A stretch of DNA of 64,000 nt from an uncultured Pseudomonadota bacterium (lineage in GTDB: Bacteria; Pseudomonadota; Alphaproteobacteria; Rs-D84), in assembly GCA_902771695.1 (NCBI GenBank), contig CACXXP010000001.1:45862-109861 (forward strand), read 5' to 3'. The notes below the pieces were generated by a model. That model was not told the DNA's origin. It made no database searches and saw only the letters and a program-made list of their open reading frames with translations. A program made the translations under genes and the position numbers. Below are positions 36,635-46,576 of the stretch, one piece after another; within the stretch, counting starts at the first letter, position 1; the number at the start of each line of letters is the position of its first letter.

Positions 36635-39600
36635 ATGTTAAAGTTTTTTGTTAAACGTCCAGTTACAACAATTATGTTTGTTTTATTGTTTGTTGTATTG
36701 GGTTTTGTTTCGTATCCAAAAATGAACGTAGAACGGACGCCCGCACTTGATTTCCCAATGGTGACGGCGACATTTATTTACCCCGGGGCCGCACCCGCAG
36801 AAATAGAATCCCAGGTTATTAAAAAGGCCGAAGACGCCATGTCCCAGGTTCCAGAGTTGAAAAAACTGACGTCCCAGGCGTTCGAAAACGGCGGATACGT
36901 TATGGCGGAATTTAATTTGGGGGTAAACGTTAATGACAAGGCCAGTGAAGTTAAATCAAAAATAGACGCATTGGCATCTGAATTTCCAACGGATTTGAAA
37001 CAACCTGTTATTGAAAAATTAAATCCGTTGCAAACATCTGTGGTTGATATTGCATTAAGTGGACCGTCTTTGCGTGATTTGCAGGAATACGCCGATAATG
37101 TATTTTCCAATAAACTTACATCTATAAATGGTGTGGCCAGTGTGACCGTGTTCGGTGGTGAAAAACGTGCGATTCGTGTTGCATTGAATCCACAAACGAT
37201 GGCGGCACATGGTGTGACGATGATGGATGTTATATCGGCAATGGGGGCGAATAATCTGAATGTGCCGGGTGGAAAAATAGAGGTTGGTGCCGATTCGTCA
37301 AATGTACGTTTCATTGGTGAATTTGCATCGGTTGACGCAATTAAAAATTTGCATATAACCACGGCCGAAGGTCAACGTTTCATATTGTCTGATATCGCAA
37401 CCGTGACAGATGCGGCACGTGATTTAGATACTGGGGCACGTTTCAATGGCAACCCAGTTGTTATCGCGTCTATTATCAAGGCGTCTGATGGTAATGCGGT
37501 TAAGATATCGCGTGATTTGAAAAAGCAATTACCAGAATTCCAGGCAAATTTAGAATCACACGTGCCGGGGGCAAAAATGGAAATAATTTCTGATTCGTCC
37601 ATTGTTGTTTCCAATGAAACATCCAGTACGATAAATGGAATTATCCTTGGGGTTATATTTACTATTTTGGTTTTGTTGGCGTTTACAAAAAATTGGCGTT
37701 CAACCGTTATTGCGGGCGTTGTGATTCCGGCATCATTGATTGCGGGTTTATTCTTTGTTAATGCAAATGGGTTCACGATAAATGCGATGACCTTGTTGGC
37801 GTATTCATCGGCATTGGGAACGTTGGTGTCAAACGCAATTATTCTTATAGAGGCCGCATTACAAGAAATGCGTAATGGAAAAAATGCAGAAGATGCCGCG
37901 GTTGATGGAACAAAACGTGTTGCGGTATCTGTGTTGGCTGGGGTTGGAACAAATGTCGTGGTGTTTTTACCGTTGGCGTTTATGGGTGGTATCGTTGGAA
38001 AGTTCATGATGCAATTTGGTATGACGGTTGTTTATTTAACCTTATTGTCATTGGTGTTTTCGTTCACTTTGACGCCAATGATGATTGCCAAGATTTTGCG
38101 TATTGTGAAGGTAAAGCAACCGGTAAAAGTTGAAAAGAAACAAAAAGAAGAAAAACATAATTGGCTAACAAGGTGGTTTGCATATCAGTACAAACATTCT
38201 GGTCGTGTTATATTGTTGGCGTTTTTGGTGTTGATTGCTTCGGTTGTCTTAACACGATTCACGGGAAATGAATTCAGTCCATCAACCGATGCGAACGAAA
38301 TAAATATTACTGCCCGTGCGCCAATGGGGGCGACATATGAAAAATCTCAATCTATTGCGATGCAAATAGAAAAAGTGCTGCATGATGTGCACGAGGTTAA
38401 ATCAACATCTGTTAAAATCGGGGATCGTGGTTTGCAAAATATTGCCGTTAAAATCAAATTGGTTGATAGAGATTCCAGAAGAAAAAGTGACAAGAAGATT
38501 GCGCGCGAATTATTACCTGCATTGTCAGAAATTCCTGATGCAGAAATTCAGATTCGTGCAGGCGAGGGCGTTTCTTCGGTAATTGCTGCGGATATTGTTC
38601 TGAATATTTATGGTGACGATGACGCATTGCGCAGTCAATATGCAACAATGGCATTAGACACAATTAACAATATCCCCGAAGTTCAAACGGCGGTCTTTGC
38701 GCAGCAAATACCTGGTGAAGAAATTAGATTTGTTCCAGACCCGGATCAAATGGATTTTTGGGGTGTAAAAAATTCTTATGCGGGGTCTGTACTGCGGTCT
38801 GCGCTGTATGGAAACGATACATATAAATATAAAGAGCATGGTGAAGAATACCCGATTGTCTTGGAATTTGCCAAGGCATTCAAGGGACGTGCAATGTTTG
38901 ACGATGTATTGTTGAATTCACAAAAGGGGATGGTCGCATTGTCGCAATTAGGAAAAATTGAAACGACAACAGCAACGCCGGATATTCGCCGTTTGGATAA
39001 AAGTCGTGTGACCGAAATAGATATAAATTTAGGAAAATCAACCAGTGGTCCCGTCCAGGCGAAAATAGTCAAGGCATTGAACAAAATGGATTGGAAACCT
39101 GGGTATGGATATGAGTTTGGTGGTATGGCGGAAATTCAATCTGAAACCACAGGTGAAATTGGCAGTGCATTTTTATTGGCAACAGTATTAACATTTATGT
39201 TGTTGGCGGCGATATTAAATTCTTGGATTCATCCGCTGACGATTGCGACGTCTATTATAACCAGTTTCGCCGGCGTATTTACATTACTGTTTTTATCGGG
39301 TGCATCTATGAATGTTGGTGCGATGCTTGCTTTTGTTATGTTGGTCGGTTTGGTGGTTAACAATAATATTTTGGTGTTGGAACCGACAATACGACGTATA
39401 CAAAATGGCGAAAATATAAAAGTCGCATTATGGAGTGAACTTTCTGATAAAAAGAATATGGTGTTGATGACATCTATCGCAATTATGGCAGGAATGTTAC
39501 CACAATTATGGAGTGCCGATGGTATGAAATCGGCCATGGCGGCTGTTATGATTGGGGGTATGGGGGCCAGTTTGGTTTGGACGTTCACATTAACCCCCGC

Positions 39601-39649
39601 GTTATTCTTTGCAATGGAAAGATTACGTCAAAAATTAAAACGTAAATAA
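36635..39649 (+). CDS. RND-family efflux permease (AcrB/HAE1-like).
   Basis: 1004 aa. Twelve TM helices with two large periplasmic loops; canonical N-terminus MLKFFVKRPVTTIMFVLLFVVLG. Confidence 0.9.
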   Translation: MLKFFVKRPVTTIMFVLLFVVLGFVSYPKMNVERTPALDFPMVTATFIYPGAAPAEIESQVIKKAEDAMSQVPELKKLTSQAFENGGYVMAEFNLGVNVNDKASEVKSKIDALASEFPTDLKQPVIEKLNPLQTSVVDIALSGPSLRDLQEYADNVFSNKLTSINGVASVTVFGGEKRAIRVALNPQTMAAHGVTMMDVISAMGANNLNVPGGKIEVGADSSNVRFIGEFASVDAIKNLHITTAEGQRFILSDIATVTDAARDLDTGARFNGNPVVIASIIKASDGNAVKISRDLKKQLPEFQANLESHVPGAKMEIISDSSIVVSNETSSTINGIILGVIFTILVLLAFTKNWRSTVIAGVVIPASLIAGLFFVNANGFTINAMTLLAYSSALGTLVSNAIILIEAALQEMRNGKNAEDAAVDGTKRVAVSVLAGVGTNVVVFLPLAFMGGIVGKFMMQFGMTVVYLTLLSLVFSFTLTPMMIAKILRIVKVKQPVKVEKKQKEEKHNWLTRWFAYQYKHSGRVILLAFLVLIASVVLTRFTGNEFSPSTDANEINITARAPMGATYEKSQSIAMQIEKVLHDVHEVKSTSVKIGDRGLQNIAVKIKLVDRDSRRKSDKKIARELLPALSEIPDAEIQIRAGEGVSSVIAADIVLNIYGDDDALRSQYATMALDTINNIPEVQTAVFAQQIPGEEIRFVPDPDQMDFWGVKNSYAGSVLRSALYGNDTYKYKEHGEEYPIVLEFAKAFKGRAMFDDVLLNSQKGMVALSQLGKIETTTATPDIRRLDKSRVTEIDINLGKSTSGPVQAKIVKALNKMDWKPGYGYEFGGMAEIQSETTGEIGSAFLLATVLTFMLLAAILNSWIHPLTIATSIITSFAGVFTLLFLSGASMNVGAMLAFVMLVGLVVNNNILVLEPTIRRIQNGENIKVALWSELSDKKNMVLMTSIAIMAGMLPQLWSADGMKSAMAAVMIGGMGASLVWTFTLTPALFFAMERLRQKLKRK

Positions 39650-39653
39650 TAAA

Positions 39654-39682
39654 GACGGGGGTATATGCCCCGTTTTTATTTG
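39654..39682 (+). terminator. Rho-independent terminator after the RND operon.
   Basis: GACGGGGGTATATGCCCCGTT followed by TTTTATTT. Confidence 0.65.
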
Positions 39683-39734
39683 CGATATTGTTTTGATACG
39701 TTATAATGGTATTGATATATCCAAAGGAATTAGA

Positions 39735-40331
39735 ATGCAGAAAACCGTTGATGTGGTTTTGTTTGATTTTGATGGTACATTATCGTGGCCAGATTCTAAT
39801 TTGGCATTTGCACGCTACTGTTTTCGGCACAGTTTGCGTCCGTGGTTATTTTTGCCGATTATTGGGGTGGCTATGATATGGCGGTGGTTCAGGCCGGGTG
39901 GGGTAAATTGGCGTGAATACAGTCGGCGATTTTTGACTGCGGATATGGTTCATCGGTTTGTTCCGGAATTCATCAAAATACACAAGCGTAATCGATTCGG
40001 GTGGGCCGCCGAACGTGTCGCGGCGGAACGTGCGGACGGGAATATTGTTATGCTGGTTTCTACATCACCGGATTATTTAATACCGAAATTGGTTGCTGAT
40101 ATGAAATTTGATGTGGTTATTTGTTCCAAAGTGTCTGCCAAGAAACCATGGAAATATCGTTTTTTATGCTATGGAAAGAATAAAGTATATGCGATGGATG
40201 AATGGGCCCGAGAAAACAAATTTATACCACATGTGGTGCGTGCATATTCAGACAGTAAATCTGATTTGCCAATGATGGAAATCGCAGATACGCAAATATG
40301 GATAAATCCAAAAACAGGCATGCCAAAATAG
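39735..40331 (+). CDS. HAD-superfamily hydrolase.
   Basis: Motif I, DFDGTL, appears directly after the chosen Met. Motif IV-like Asp near the C-terminus. Confidence 0.55.
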   Translation: MQKTVDVVLFDFDGTLSWPDSNLAFARYCFRHSLRPWLFLPIIGVAMIWRWFRPGGVNWREYSRRFLTADMVHRFVPEFIKIHKRNRFGWAAERVAAERADGNIVMLVSTSPDYLIPKLVADMKFDVVICSKVSAKKPWKYRFLCYGKNKVYAMDEWARENKFIPHVVRAYSDSKSDLPMMEIADTQIWINPKTGMPK

Positions 40332-40336
40332 AAGTA

Positions 40337-41554
40337 TTACTTTTGATATAAAAATTTGGATACTTTTTTTAATGACCATACCAGCGGTATCAGCATAATA
40401 AAGGTAAAGCCCAATGTGGTTAATATTCCACATTCATCCAACAAGAACTTTGCCACAATTAAAAACACTGCCCCAACAACGGTTGTTACCATGGCCTTGG
40501 TGGATAATACAGTGCCACGTTCTGTGGAACGAATACTATGATGAATAAGTGAATTATATTGCAATTTGTTCATACTGTGGATTGCCGGTGTAATCGCCAT
40601 TATTGTGCATAATATATACACAAGAGTCATATTTGTTGTATGCATTATTAATATTCCAACAACGATACCAATTGCAACATCCAATATGGTGATTATTGAT
40701 GTATTCATATCACCATATTTATCGCAAATCTTGTATGCATATTTGGAAAATATTATGCGCGAAAATTGGTTGAGTCCTATATAAAAACCGAACAGTTCAA
40801 CTGGGACATGTGTGGTTTCCATAATTGGTTGCAAAATCCAAAGCATTATAACGGTAAAGGCCCCAAGTAATGCCGGAAAGAAAATCAGATTTCGCAGTTT
40901 TGGATTTTTTATTGTGTTGTATGTTATACTGAGCGCGTCTTTGATTGCTGTTGTATGTTTGACTTTACGTTTGATTTCGGTCAGTTGTGGCAAGAATATA
41001 AATGTGGCCATTCCAATCGCGACAAATGATGCTTCTAGCCATAGAATATTATCGCCACCAATATGAACAAATAATATTCCACCAAATATGGATGCGATAA
41101 AGCTTGCCGTGATGCCAAAGGTCATTATGCTGCCAAATTCTTTTATAAATTGTTTTTGGCTTTTGTTTCTTTTCATTAAATCGTATGTGTATGCTTCTAA
41201 AGTTCCGGAATTCAATGCACTGGCGATACCAAGTAACGCCTCACCAAGCATAATTGAAAAAAATCCATTCGCCAAGGCAAGTGCAGAAAAGCCAAGAAAT
41301 GAAAATATTGTTCCGGTTATAAGGACGTTTTTACGGCTAAAGCAATCGGACATGTACCCAGATGGTATCTCAAACAAAAATGCTGCCAACCTGAAAATCC
41401 CCTGAATCAAAAAGAAGTCACCAACTGTGATACCCTTTTGGGTGTATACTAAGACTATAACTGGGATAACAAACATCAGATTGTTACAAAAATAACCGAA
41501 CCTTAAAATGTTAAGGCCACGTGATACAGATTTATTTATTTCTTTTTTTGCCAT
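40337..41554 (-). CDS. MFS transporter.
   Basis: 405 aa. Twelve predicted TM helices and an MFS-type loop motif between TM2 and TM3. Confidence 0.7.
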   Translation of the reverse strand: MAKKEINKSVSRGLNILRFGYFCNNLMFVIPVIVLVYTQKGITVGDFFLIQGIFRLAAFLFEIPSGYMSDCFSRKNVLITGTIFSFLGFSALALANGFFSIMLGEALLGIASALNSGTLEAYTYDLMKRNKSQKQFIKEFGSIMTFGITASFIASIFGGILFVHIGGDNILWLEASFVAIGMATFIFLPQLTEIKRKVKHTTAIKDALSITYNTIKNPKLRNLIFFPALLGAFTVIMLWILQPIMETTHVPVELFGFYIGLNQFSRIIFSKYAYKICDKYGDMNTSIITILDVAIGIVVGILIMHTTNMTLVYILCTIMAITPAIHSMNKLQYNSLIHHSIRSTERGTVLSTKAMVTTVVGAVFLIVAKFLLDECGILTTLGFTFIMLIPLVWSLKKVSKFLYQK

Positions 41555-41626
41555 AGGAATATAATACCATTTTACAGTTAGATTATCAAGGATGTGGGCA
41601 TGTCAAAATAATCTAATTATTTATGG

Positions 41627-42526
41627 CTATTTATCAAAATCTAATTCTTTTATTTTCTCGGCACGTGGGGCAATTTTATTTATAGATGTTTGCAATTGTT
41701 CTATGTCTGATTGCGCCATATTGAAATGTTGTGATACTTTGCCGGCCCGTTCTGCCAAACGCCCCAGGTCTGTTATCAACATATCTAATTCACGCTTTAT
41801 TTGACCTGCAACGCGTTTTATTTTTATGTCGGAAAGCACCGCACGAATAGTGTTCAATGTTGCCCATAATGTTGATGGTGAAACGATGAATACTTTTTTG
41901 CGTGCGGCATATTCTACCGCACCGGGAAATTCACGATGTAATGTTTCAAATATAGATTCCGATGCGATGAACATCATTGCACTTTCGGCTGTTTTGCCGG
42001 GGATAATATATTTTTCTGCGATGGCATCTATGTGTTTACGAACATCTAATTCAAATTGTTTTCGGTATAGTTCTGGATTATCCGCCTTGGTCATACGCGA
42101 AAAAGATTCCAATGGAAATTTACTGTCTATAATCATATCGCCAGGCGGATATGGCAAACGGATTACACAATCGGGTCGTACACCTGTTTCCATAACGTAT
42201 TGAAATGCGTATGTTTCCGGCGGCATAATATCCGCCACCAAATCTTCCAATTGACGTTCGCCGAATGTCCCGCGTGCCTGTTTGTTTCCCATAAGGATAT
42301 CTTTGAAATTTGCAATATCGGCACTTATATTTTTCAATTCTGTTGCGTTTTGTGCCAAAACCCCTAATCGTTCAGCAAGTCGTTCACGCAGGCGGCTGTT
42401 ATCTTCGCGCAGGGCCGACATATCAACCCCAGTTGGGCGCATCAATAACGCCCCCAACATTATGATTATAACCGCACACATCACAATTAAAATATAAGTT
42501 GTCATTTGGATTTCCTTTGCTATCAT
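41627..42526 (-). CDS. rmuC: DNA recombination protein RmuC.
   Basis: N-terminal TM then coiled coil. GTFGERQLE…PDCVIRLP…MMFIASESIF…VFIVSPSTLWATLNTI parallels the E. coli RmuC segments GNWGEVVL…PDVIVRLP…VLMFIPVEPAF…IMLVSPTTLLVALRTI. Confidence 0.75.
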   Translation of the reverse strand: MIAKEIQMTTYILIVMCAVIIIMLGALLMRPTGVDMSALREDNSRLRERLAERLGVLAQNATELKNISADIANFKDILMGNKQARGTFGERQLEDLVADIMPPETYAFQYVMETGVRPDCVIRLPYPPGDMIIDSKFPLESFSRMTKADNPELYRKQFELDVRKHIDAIAEKYIIPGKTAESAMMFIASESIFETLHREFPGAVEYAARKKVFIVSPSTLWATLNTIRAVLSDIKIKRVAGQIKRELDMLITDLGRLAERAGKVSQHFNMAQSDIEQLQTSINKIAPRAEKIKELDFDK

Positions 42527-42548
42527 TTTATTATAAAAGGATTTTTAG

Positions 42549-43049
42549 ATGTTGCAAATGAAACTTTGTGGTGATTTGGTGTTGCGTGAACATTGTTCAC
42601 CCATAGATGCCATTACATCCGATATTTTGGGTGCAATGGATGAAATGGTCAAGATGATGCGTGAACAAAATGGCGTTGGGCTTGCGGCGCCCCAGGTCGG
42701 AATCACAAAACGTTTCTTGGTTATGATGAATCCGGATTCAGGGGAGGTTTTCAAGATGATAAACCCCACCATAACGTCACGCAGTGAAGAAGTGGCGGTA
42801 ATAGAAGAGGGGTGTTTATCTGTATTGGGGCCTGATAATTTACCGGTATATGCGAATGTGGCGCGGCCTGCAAATGTTACAATTGAATGGACGGGTATAG
42901 ACGGTAAACGCTATGCGGCGGAAATGGGCGGAATAATGGCGCGCATTGCGCAACATGAAACGGATCATTTGGATGGTATATTGTTTATTGACTATCTGCC
43001 CCCGGCAAAGCGCGAAATGGTTATGCGAAAAGTAAGGCGGCACAAATGA
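42549..43049 (+). CDS. def: Peptide deformylase.
   Basis: Motifs GVGLAAPQVG, EGCLS and QHETDHLDG. Confidence 0.92.
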   Translation: MLQMKLCGDLVLREHCSPIDAITSDILGAMDEMVKMMREQNGVGLAAPQVGITKRFLVMMNPDSGEVFKMINPTITSRSEEVAVIEEGCLSVLGPDNLPVYANVARPANVTIEWTGIDGKRYAAEMGGIMARIAQHETDHLDGILFIDYLPPAKREMVMRKVRRHK

Positions 43050-43852
43050 ATGTAGTTTTAATGGGAACCCCAGATTTTGTTGTGCCTGTGTTTGATGCCG
43101 TGGCATCGCGGCATAATGTTATTGCGGTGTTTACGCGTGGACCAAAACCGGTTGGGCGTAAGCATGTAATTACAAAATCCCCTGTACATATTTGGGCAGA
43201 ATCTCGAAATATTCCTGTGTATCATAAACCCAGTGAATATAATTTTAATCCGGATATGGTGTTTGTGGCGGCATATGGTGCAATATTGCGTGATAATATA
43301 TTGAATTCCGCACCGTGTATAAATCTGCACCCAAGTTTGTTGCCATGTTATCGTGGGCCATCGCCAATCAGAACTGCAATTATGAACGGTGATACGGAAA
43401 GCGGTGTGTGTTTAATAAAAATGACAGATGAATTGGATGCGGGTGATATTTTAATGTGTCAAAAATTTGATATATCAATTGATGACACAAACGAAACAGT
43501 GGAAGCAAAGGTTTCACAAATCGGTGCAAAAATGATTTTGGCATATATGGAAAATCCAGACAAATATGCACCCGTAAAACAAAGTGGAAAAATCGTCTAT
43601 ACGGCGAAAATAGACGCATACACCGAAATCATAGATTGGAACAAACCCGCAATAGAAATTCATAATCTGGTGCGTGCATTGGGGGCCGGTCGCACAAAAA
43701 TAAATGGTATAGATGTCAAAATATTAAAGACGAAAATGAACGGTGACCAACTAGAAATTGTAACCGTTCAGCCCGCAGGTAAAAAATCAATGGATTGGAA
43801 AAGTTTTGTAAATGGTTTGCATGGCGATGAAATCAAGTTTGGCGAAAAATGA
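43046..43852 (+). CDS. fmt: Methionyl-tRNA formyltransferase.
   Basis: 268 aa. SLLP..RG.SP formyltransferase motif (INLHPSLLPCYRGPSPI). Follows def with a 4-nt overlap. Confidence 0.88.
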   Translation: MNVVLMGTPDFVVPVFDAVASRHNVIAVFTRGPKPVGRKHVITKSPVHIWAESRNIPVYHKPSEYNFNPDMVFVAAYGAILRDNILNSAPCINLHPSLLPCYRGPSPIRTAIMNGDTESGVCLIKMTDELDAGDILMCQKFDISIDDTNETVEAKVSQIGAKMILAYMENPDKYAPVKQSGKIVYTAKIDAYTEIIDWNKPAIEIHNLVRALGAGRTKINGIDVKILKTKMNGDQLEIVTVQPAGKKSMDWKSFVNGLHGDEIKFGEK

Positions 43853-44607
43853 CACGATATAAAGTGATTTTGGAATATGATGGTACGAACCTTATTGGGT
43901 GGCAAGAAAATGCCCAGGGGCCGTCTGTACAATCTTTGTTGAAAGACGCCATTGAAAAATTTTGTGGTGCGCGACCTGATATTGTAGGGGCAGGGCGGAC
44001 AGACGCCGGTGTGCATGCAATCGCAATGTGCGCGCATTTTGATTTGGATATGAACCATGATGCAAATACGGTGATGCGTGCGGTAAATTTTTATCTTAAT
44101 AATGCACCGGTGGCCATATTGGATTGCGAAATTGTGCCTGATGAATTTAATGCGCGATTTTCGTGTGTGGCACGTCATTATAAATATATTGTTTTGAATC
44201 GTTCGGCGCCGCCAGTATTAAATAAAAATCGTGTATGGTGGGTGCCAAGGAAATTAGATATAGAAAAAATGCGCAGTGCCGCCGCAAAATTGATTGGTAA
44301 ACATGATTTTACATCTTTTCGTGCAAGTCAATGTCAGGCAAAAAGCCCAATAAAAACCTTGGATTCGTGCTGTATAGAACTATGTGGCGATAATGTTATA
44401 TTTGAATTTTCGGCTCGTTCTTTTCTGCATCACCAGGTTCGTAATATGGTTGGAACATTGGTTGAGATTGGATTGGGAACAGAATATGATATTGATTCCG
44501 TTTTTGCCGCGTGTAATCGTTCTGCCGCGGGTGCAACTGCACCGGCATCGGGACTCTATTTTATTCGTGCCGATTATGCCACAGACGATGTGATGAAATC
44601 GGAATAA
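43849..44607 (+). CDS. truA: tRNA pseudouridine(38-40) synthase.
   Basis: 252 aa. Catalytic-Asp motif GAGRTDAGVHA. Overlaps fmt by 4 nt. Confidence 0.9.
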   Translation: MTRYKVILEYDGTNLIGWQENAQGPSVQSLLKDAIEKFCGARPDIVGAGRTDAGVHAIAMCAHFDLDMNHDANTVMRAVNFYLNNAPVAILDCEIVPDEFNARFSCVARHYKYIVLNRSAPPVLNKNRVWWVPRKLDIEKMRSAAAKLIGKHDFTSFRASQCQAKSPIKTLDSCCIELCGDNVIFEFSARSFLHHQVRNMVGTLVEIGLGTEYDIDSVFAACNRSAAGATAPASGLYFIRADYATDDVMKSE

Positions 44608-46495
44608 ATCGTCCAGAATTATAAATAACACCGCCACCATAAATTATTTTATGTGCACAATCTGAATTAGATTTAATATCAAAATATGAGATTATATATT
44701 TAATATTTGTATCTTTACATAGTGCCGATATATTATTTGCCAACGGAACAAAATTTTGAATATATGCAACAGAAAATTTGGGTAAAGAAATTCTGTATAC
44801 ACCGGATTCTTTGGCAAGGCGCGTGTTTTTTGTGTTTGCATTTTCGCCATTGGATTTCTTCCACGTATCAAATGCAAAATAATTACTGCTGTCGTGTGAT
44901 TTGTTAAATTGTAATTTACCGTTTATGACCGCCGCAACTAATTTATGATTATTACTGATATAAAATACCGGCCGTGGTGTAAACATAACCATAATTGTGC
45001 CGATTAGTATAAATGTGCCACCAAATACCAAGTTAATGTGTCGGGAAATAACATATCTGAATTTATCGTTGTTTACAATCAATATAATTGCCCCCAGCCC
45101 CAGTATCATGAATATAACAGCCGTGTTGGAAATAGATCCCACATTTATTTCTGACATTGGTATATTTGCGATATTTATCGCGATTTTTAACAAGTAATCA
45201 TAAATCGTGTGTGCAAAGTGCAATGGGCCAAAGAAACCGATTGTTGCTAGTATTGTTCCAACTATTACAATTGGCATCAGTATAAATGAAAATACCGGTA
45301 AAAATACCAAATTTCCCAATATTCCATAAATCTGGATTGTTCCGAAATGCGCCATGATAAAAGGTAATGTGAATATACTTGCAACTAGGGCGGTTAAAAC
45401 AGCGGCCCAGATATACTTTAATACTTTGTTGGTCGGTAATTTGGGGTTTAATGTTTGCCACAGCCATAATATACCGAATATGGCGGCAAACGATAACTGA
45501 AATCCGGCATGCATAACAAAGTGCGGATTTATTGTAAATAATACCAGAAATGCGATAGTGGCCATGCGTAATGATATTACATTTCTGCCAAAAACAAATG
45601 CCAGCATAACCAGTGTCGCCATTAAAAATGCACGCAATGTTGCAACGCCACCACCAGATATAAATACATATCCAATTAGGCCAAGCCATGCGCATATTAT
45701 TGCGGGTATGCGGGCCGGAATCCGTCGTACCAGTTTCGGACACAGGCGAAATATAAAATAGAATACGACAAATAACCACCCCATAATCAGTGTTGTGTGA
45801 TAACCACTGATTGACCACAAATGTGCCACGCCATTGGTTGCCCATATTTTACGTTGTTCAATTGGCATCGTATTTTTGTATCCCAATATCAATGAATCTG
45901 TCAGAAAAGATTTTGTCGTGTTTCTTATGCGATTGCGCATGTTGTATACGCCAGAATCTGCCGTATACAGTGTTTTTATGTCTCTGATATAACCGGTTGC
46001 AGAAATGCCGTCAAAATATAACCAGCGTGCAAAGTCAAATCCGTCAGGAATATCGGATGGTTTGGGTTGAAATAGACCGCCAGTACCGGATATGATATCG
46101 CCGATATTATAAGTGGTGTCTGTATCTGTTGATATGCGAATCAAACCGTAATTTTCTGTATCCAAATATATGCGTAATTTTTCATCTGTATAATCCAGGT
46201 TATATATTTTCCCAGTTATTTCAATTCCGTGTGAATCATGTTCCAGAAACGGAACGTTTTTACTATGTGCGTAAATTCCCGCGTACCCGAACCCCAGCGT
46301 AAAGAACGACAACAGGCATAGCACAGGGTATTTCTTGATTCCAACCAGAGATATAACCCCAAAGATGAAAGACAATATGATAGTCCAAATATTTGGTTCA
46401 TTGTTTAATGAAAAATAAAGTCCAGCCCCAAAAGATACCAGGATAGGACACCAAAGAAACAAATTTTTATACTGGTTACGCAAAAACTCTTTCAT
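44561..46495 (-). CDS. comEC: ComEC/Rec2-family DNA internalisation channel protein.
   Basis: 644 aa, polytopic membrane protein with the competence domain. Its 3' end overlaps truA convergently by 47 nt. Confidence 0.7.
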   Translation of the reverse strand: MKEFLRNQYKNLFLWCPILVSFGAGLYFSLNNEPNIWTIILSFIFGVISLVGIKKYPVLCLLSFFTLGFGYAGIYAHSKNVPFLEHDSHGIEITGKIYNLDYTDEKLRIYLDTENYGLIRISTDTDTTYNIGDIISGTGGLFQPKPSDIPDGFDFARWLYFDGISATGYIRDIKTLYTADSGVYNMRNRIRNTTKSFLTDSLILGYKNTMPIEQRKIWATNGVAHLWSISGYHTTLIMGWLFVVFYFIFRLCPKLVRRIPARIPAIICAWLGLIGYVFISGGGVATLRAFLMATLVMLAFVFGRNVISLRMATIAFLVLFTINPHFVMHAGFQLSFAAIFGILWLWQTLNPKLPTNKVLKYIWAAVLTALVASIFTLPFIMAHFGTIQIYGILGNLVFLPVFSFILMPIVIVGTILATIGFFGPLHFAHTIYDYLLKIAINIANIPMSEINVGSISNTAVIFMILGLGAIILIVNNDKFRYVISRHINLVFGGTFILIGTIMVMFTPRPVFYISNNHKLVAAVINGKLQFNKSHDSSNYFAFDTWKKSNGENANTKNTRLAKESGVYRISLPKFSVAYIQNFVPLANNISALCKDTNIKYIISYFDIKSNSDCAHKIIYGGGVIYNSGRFIPISSHRLWHNRHE

Positions 46496-46576
46496 GCGTT
46501 TGATTATAGTATTTTATTTTGTTGATTCGCAACCAAGAATTTTTGTATCATATCAATACATAAGGAGAAAAAACTT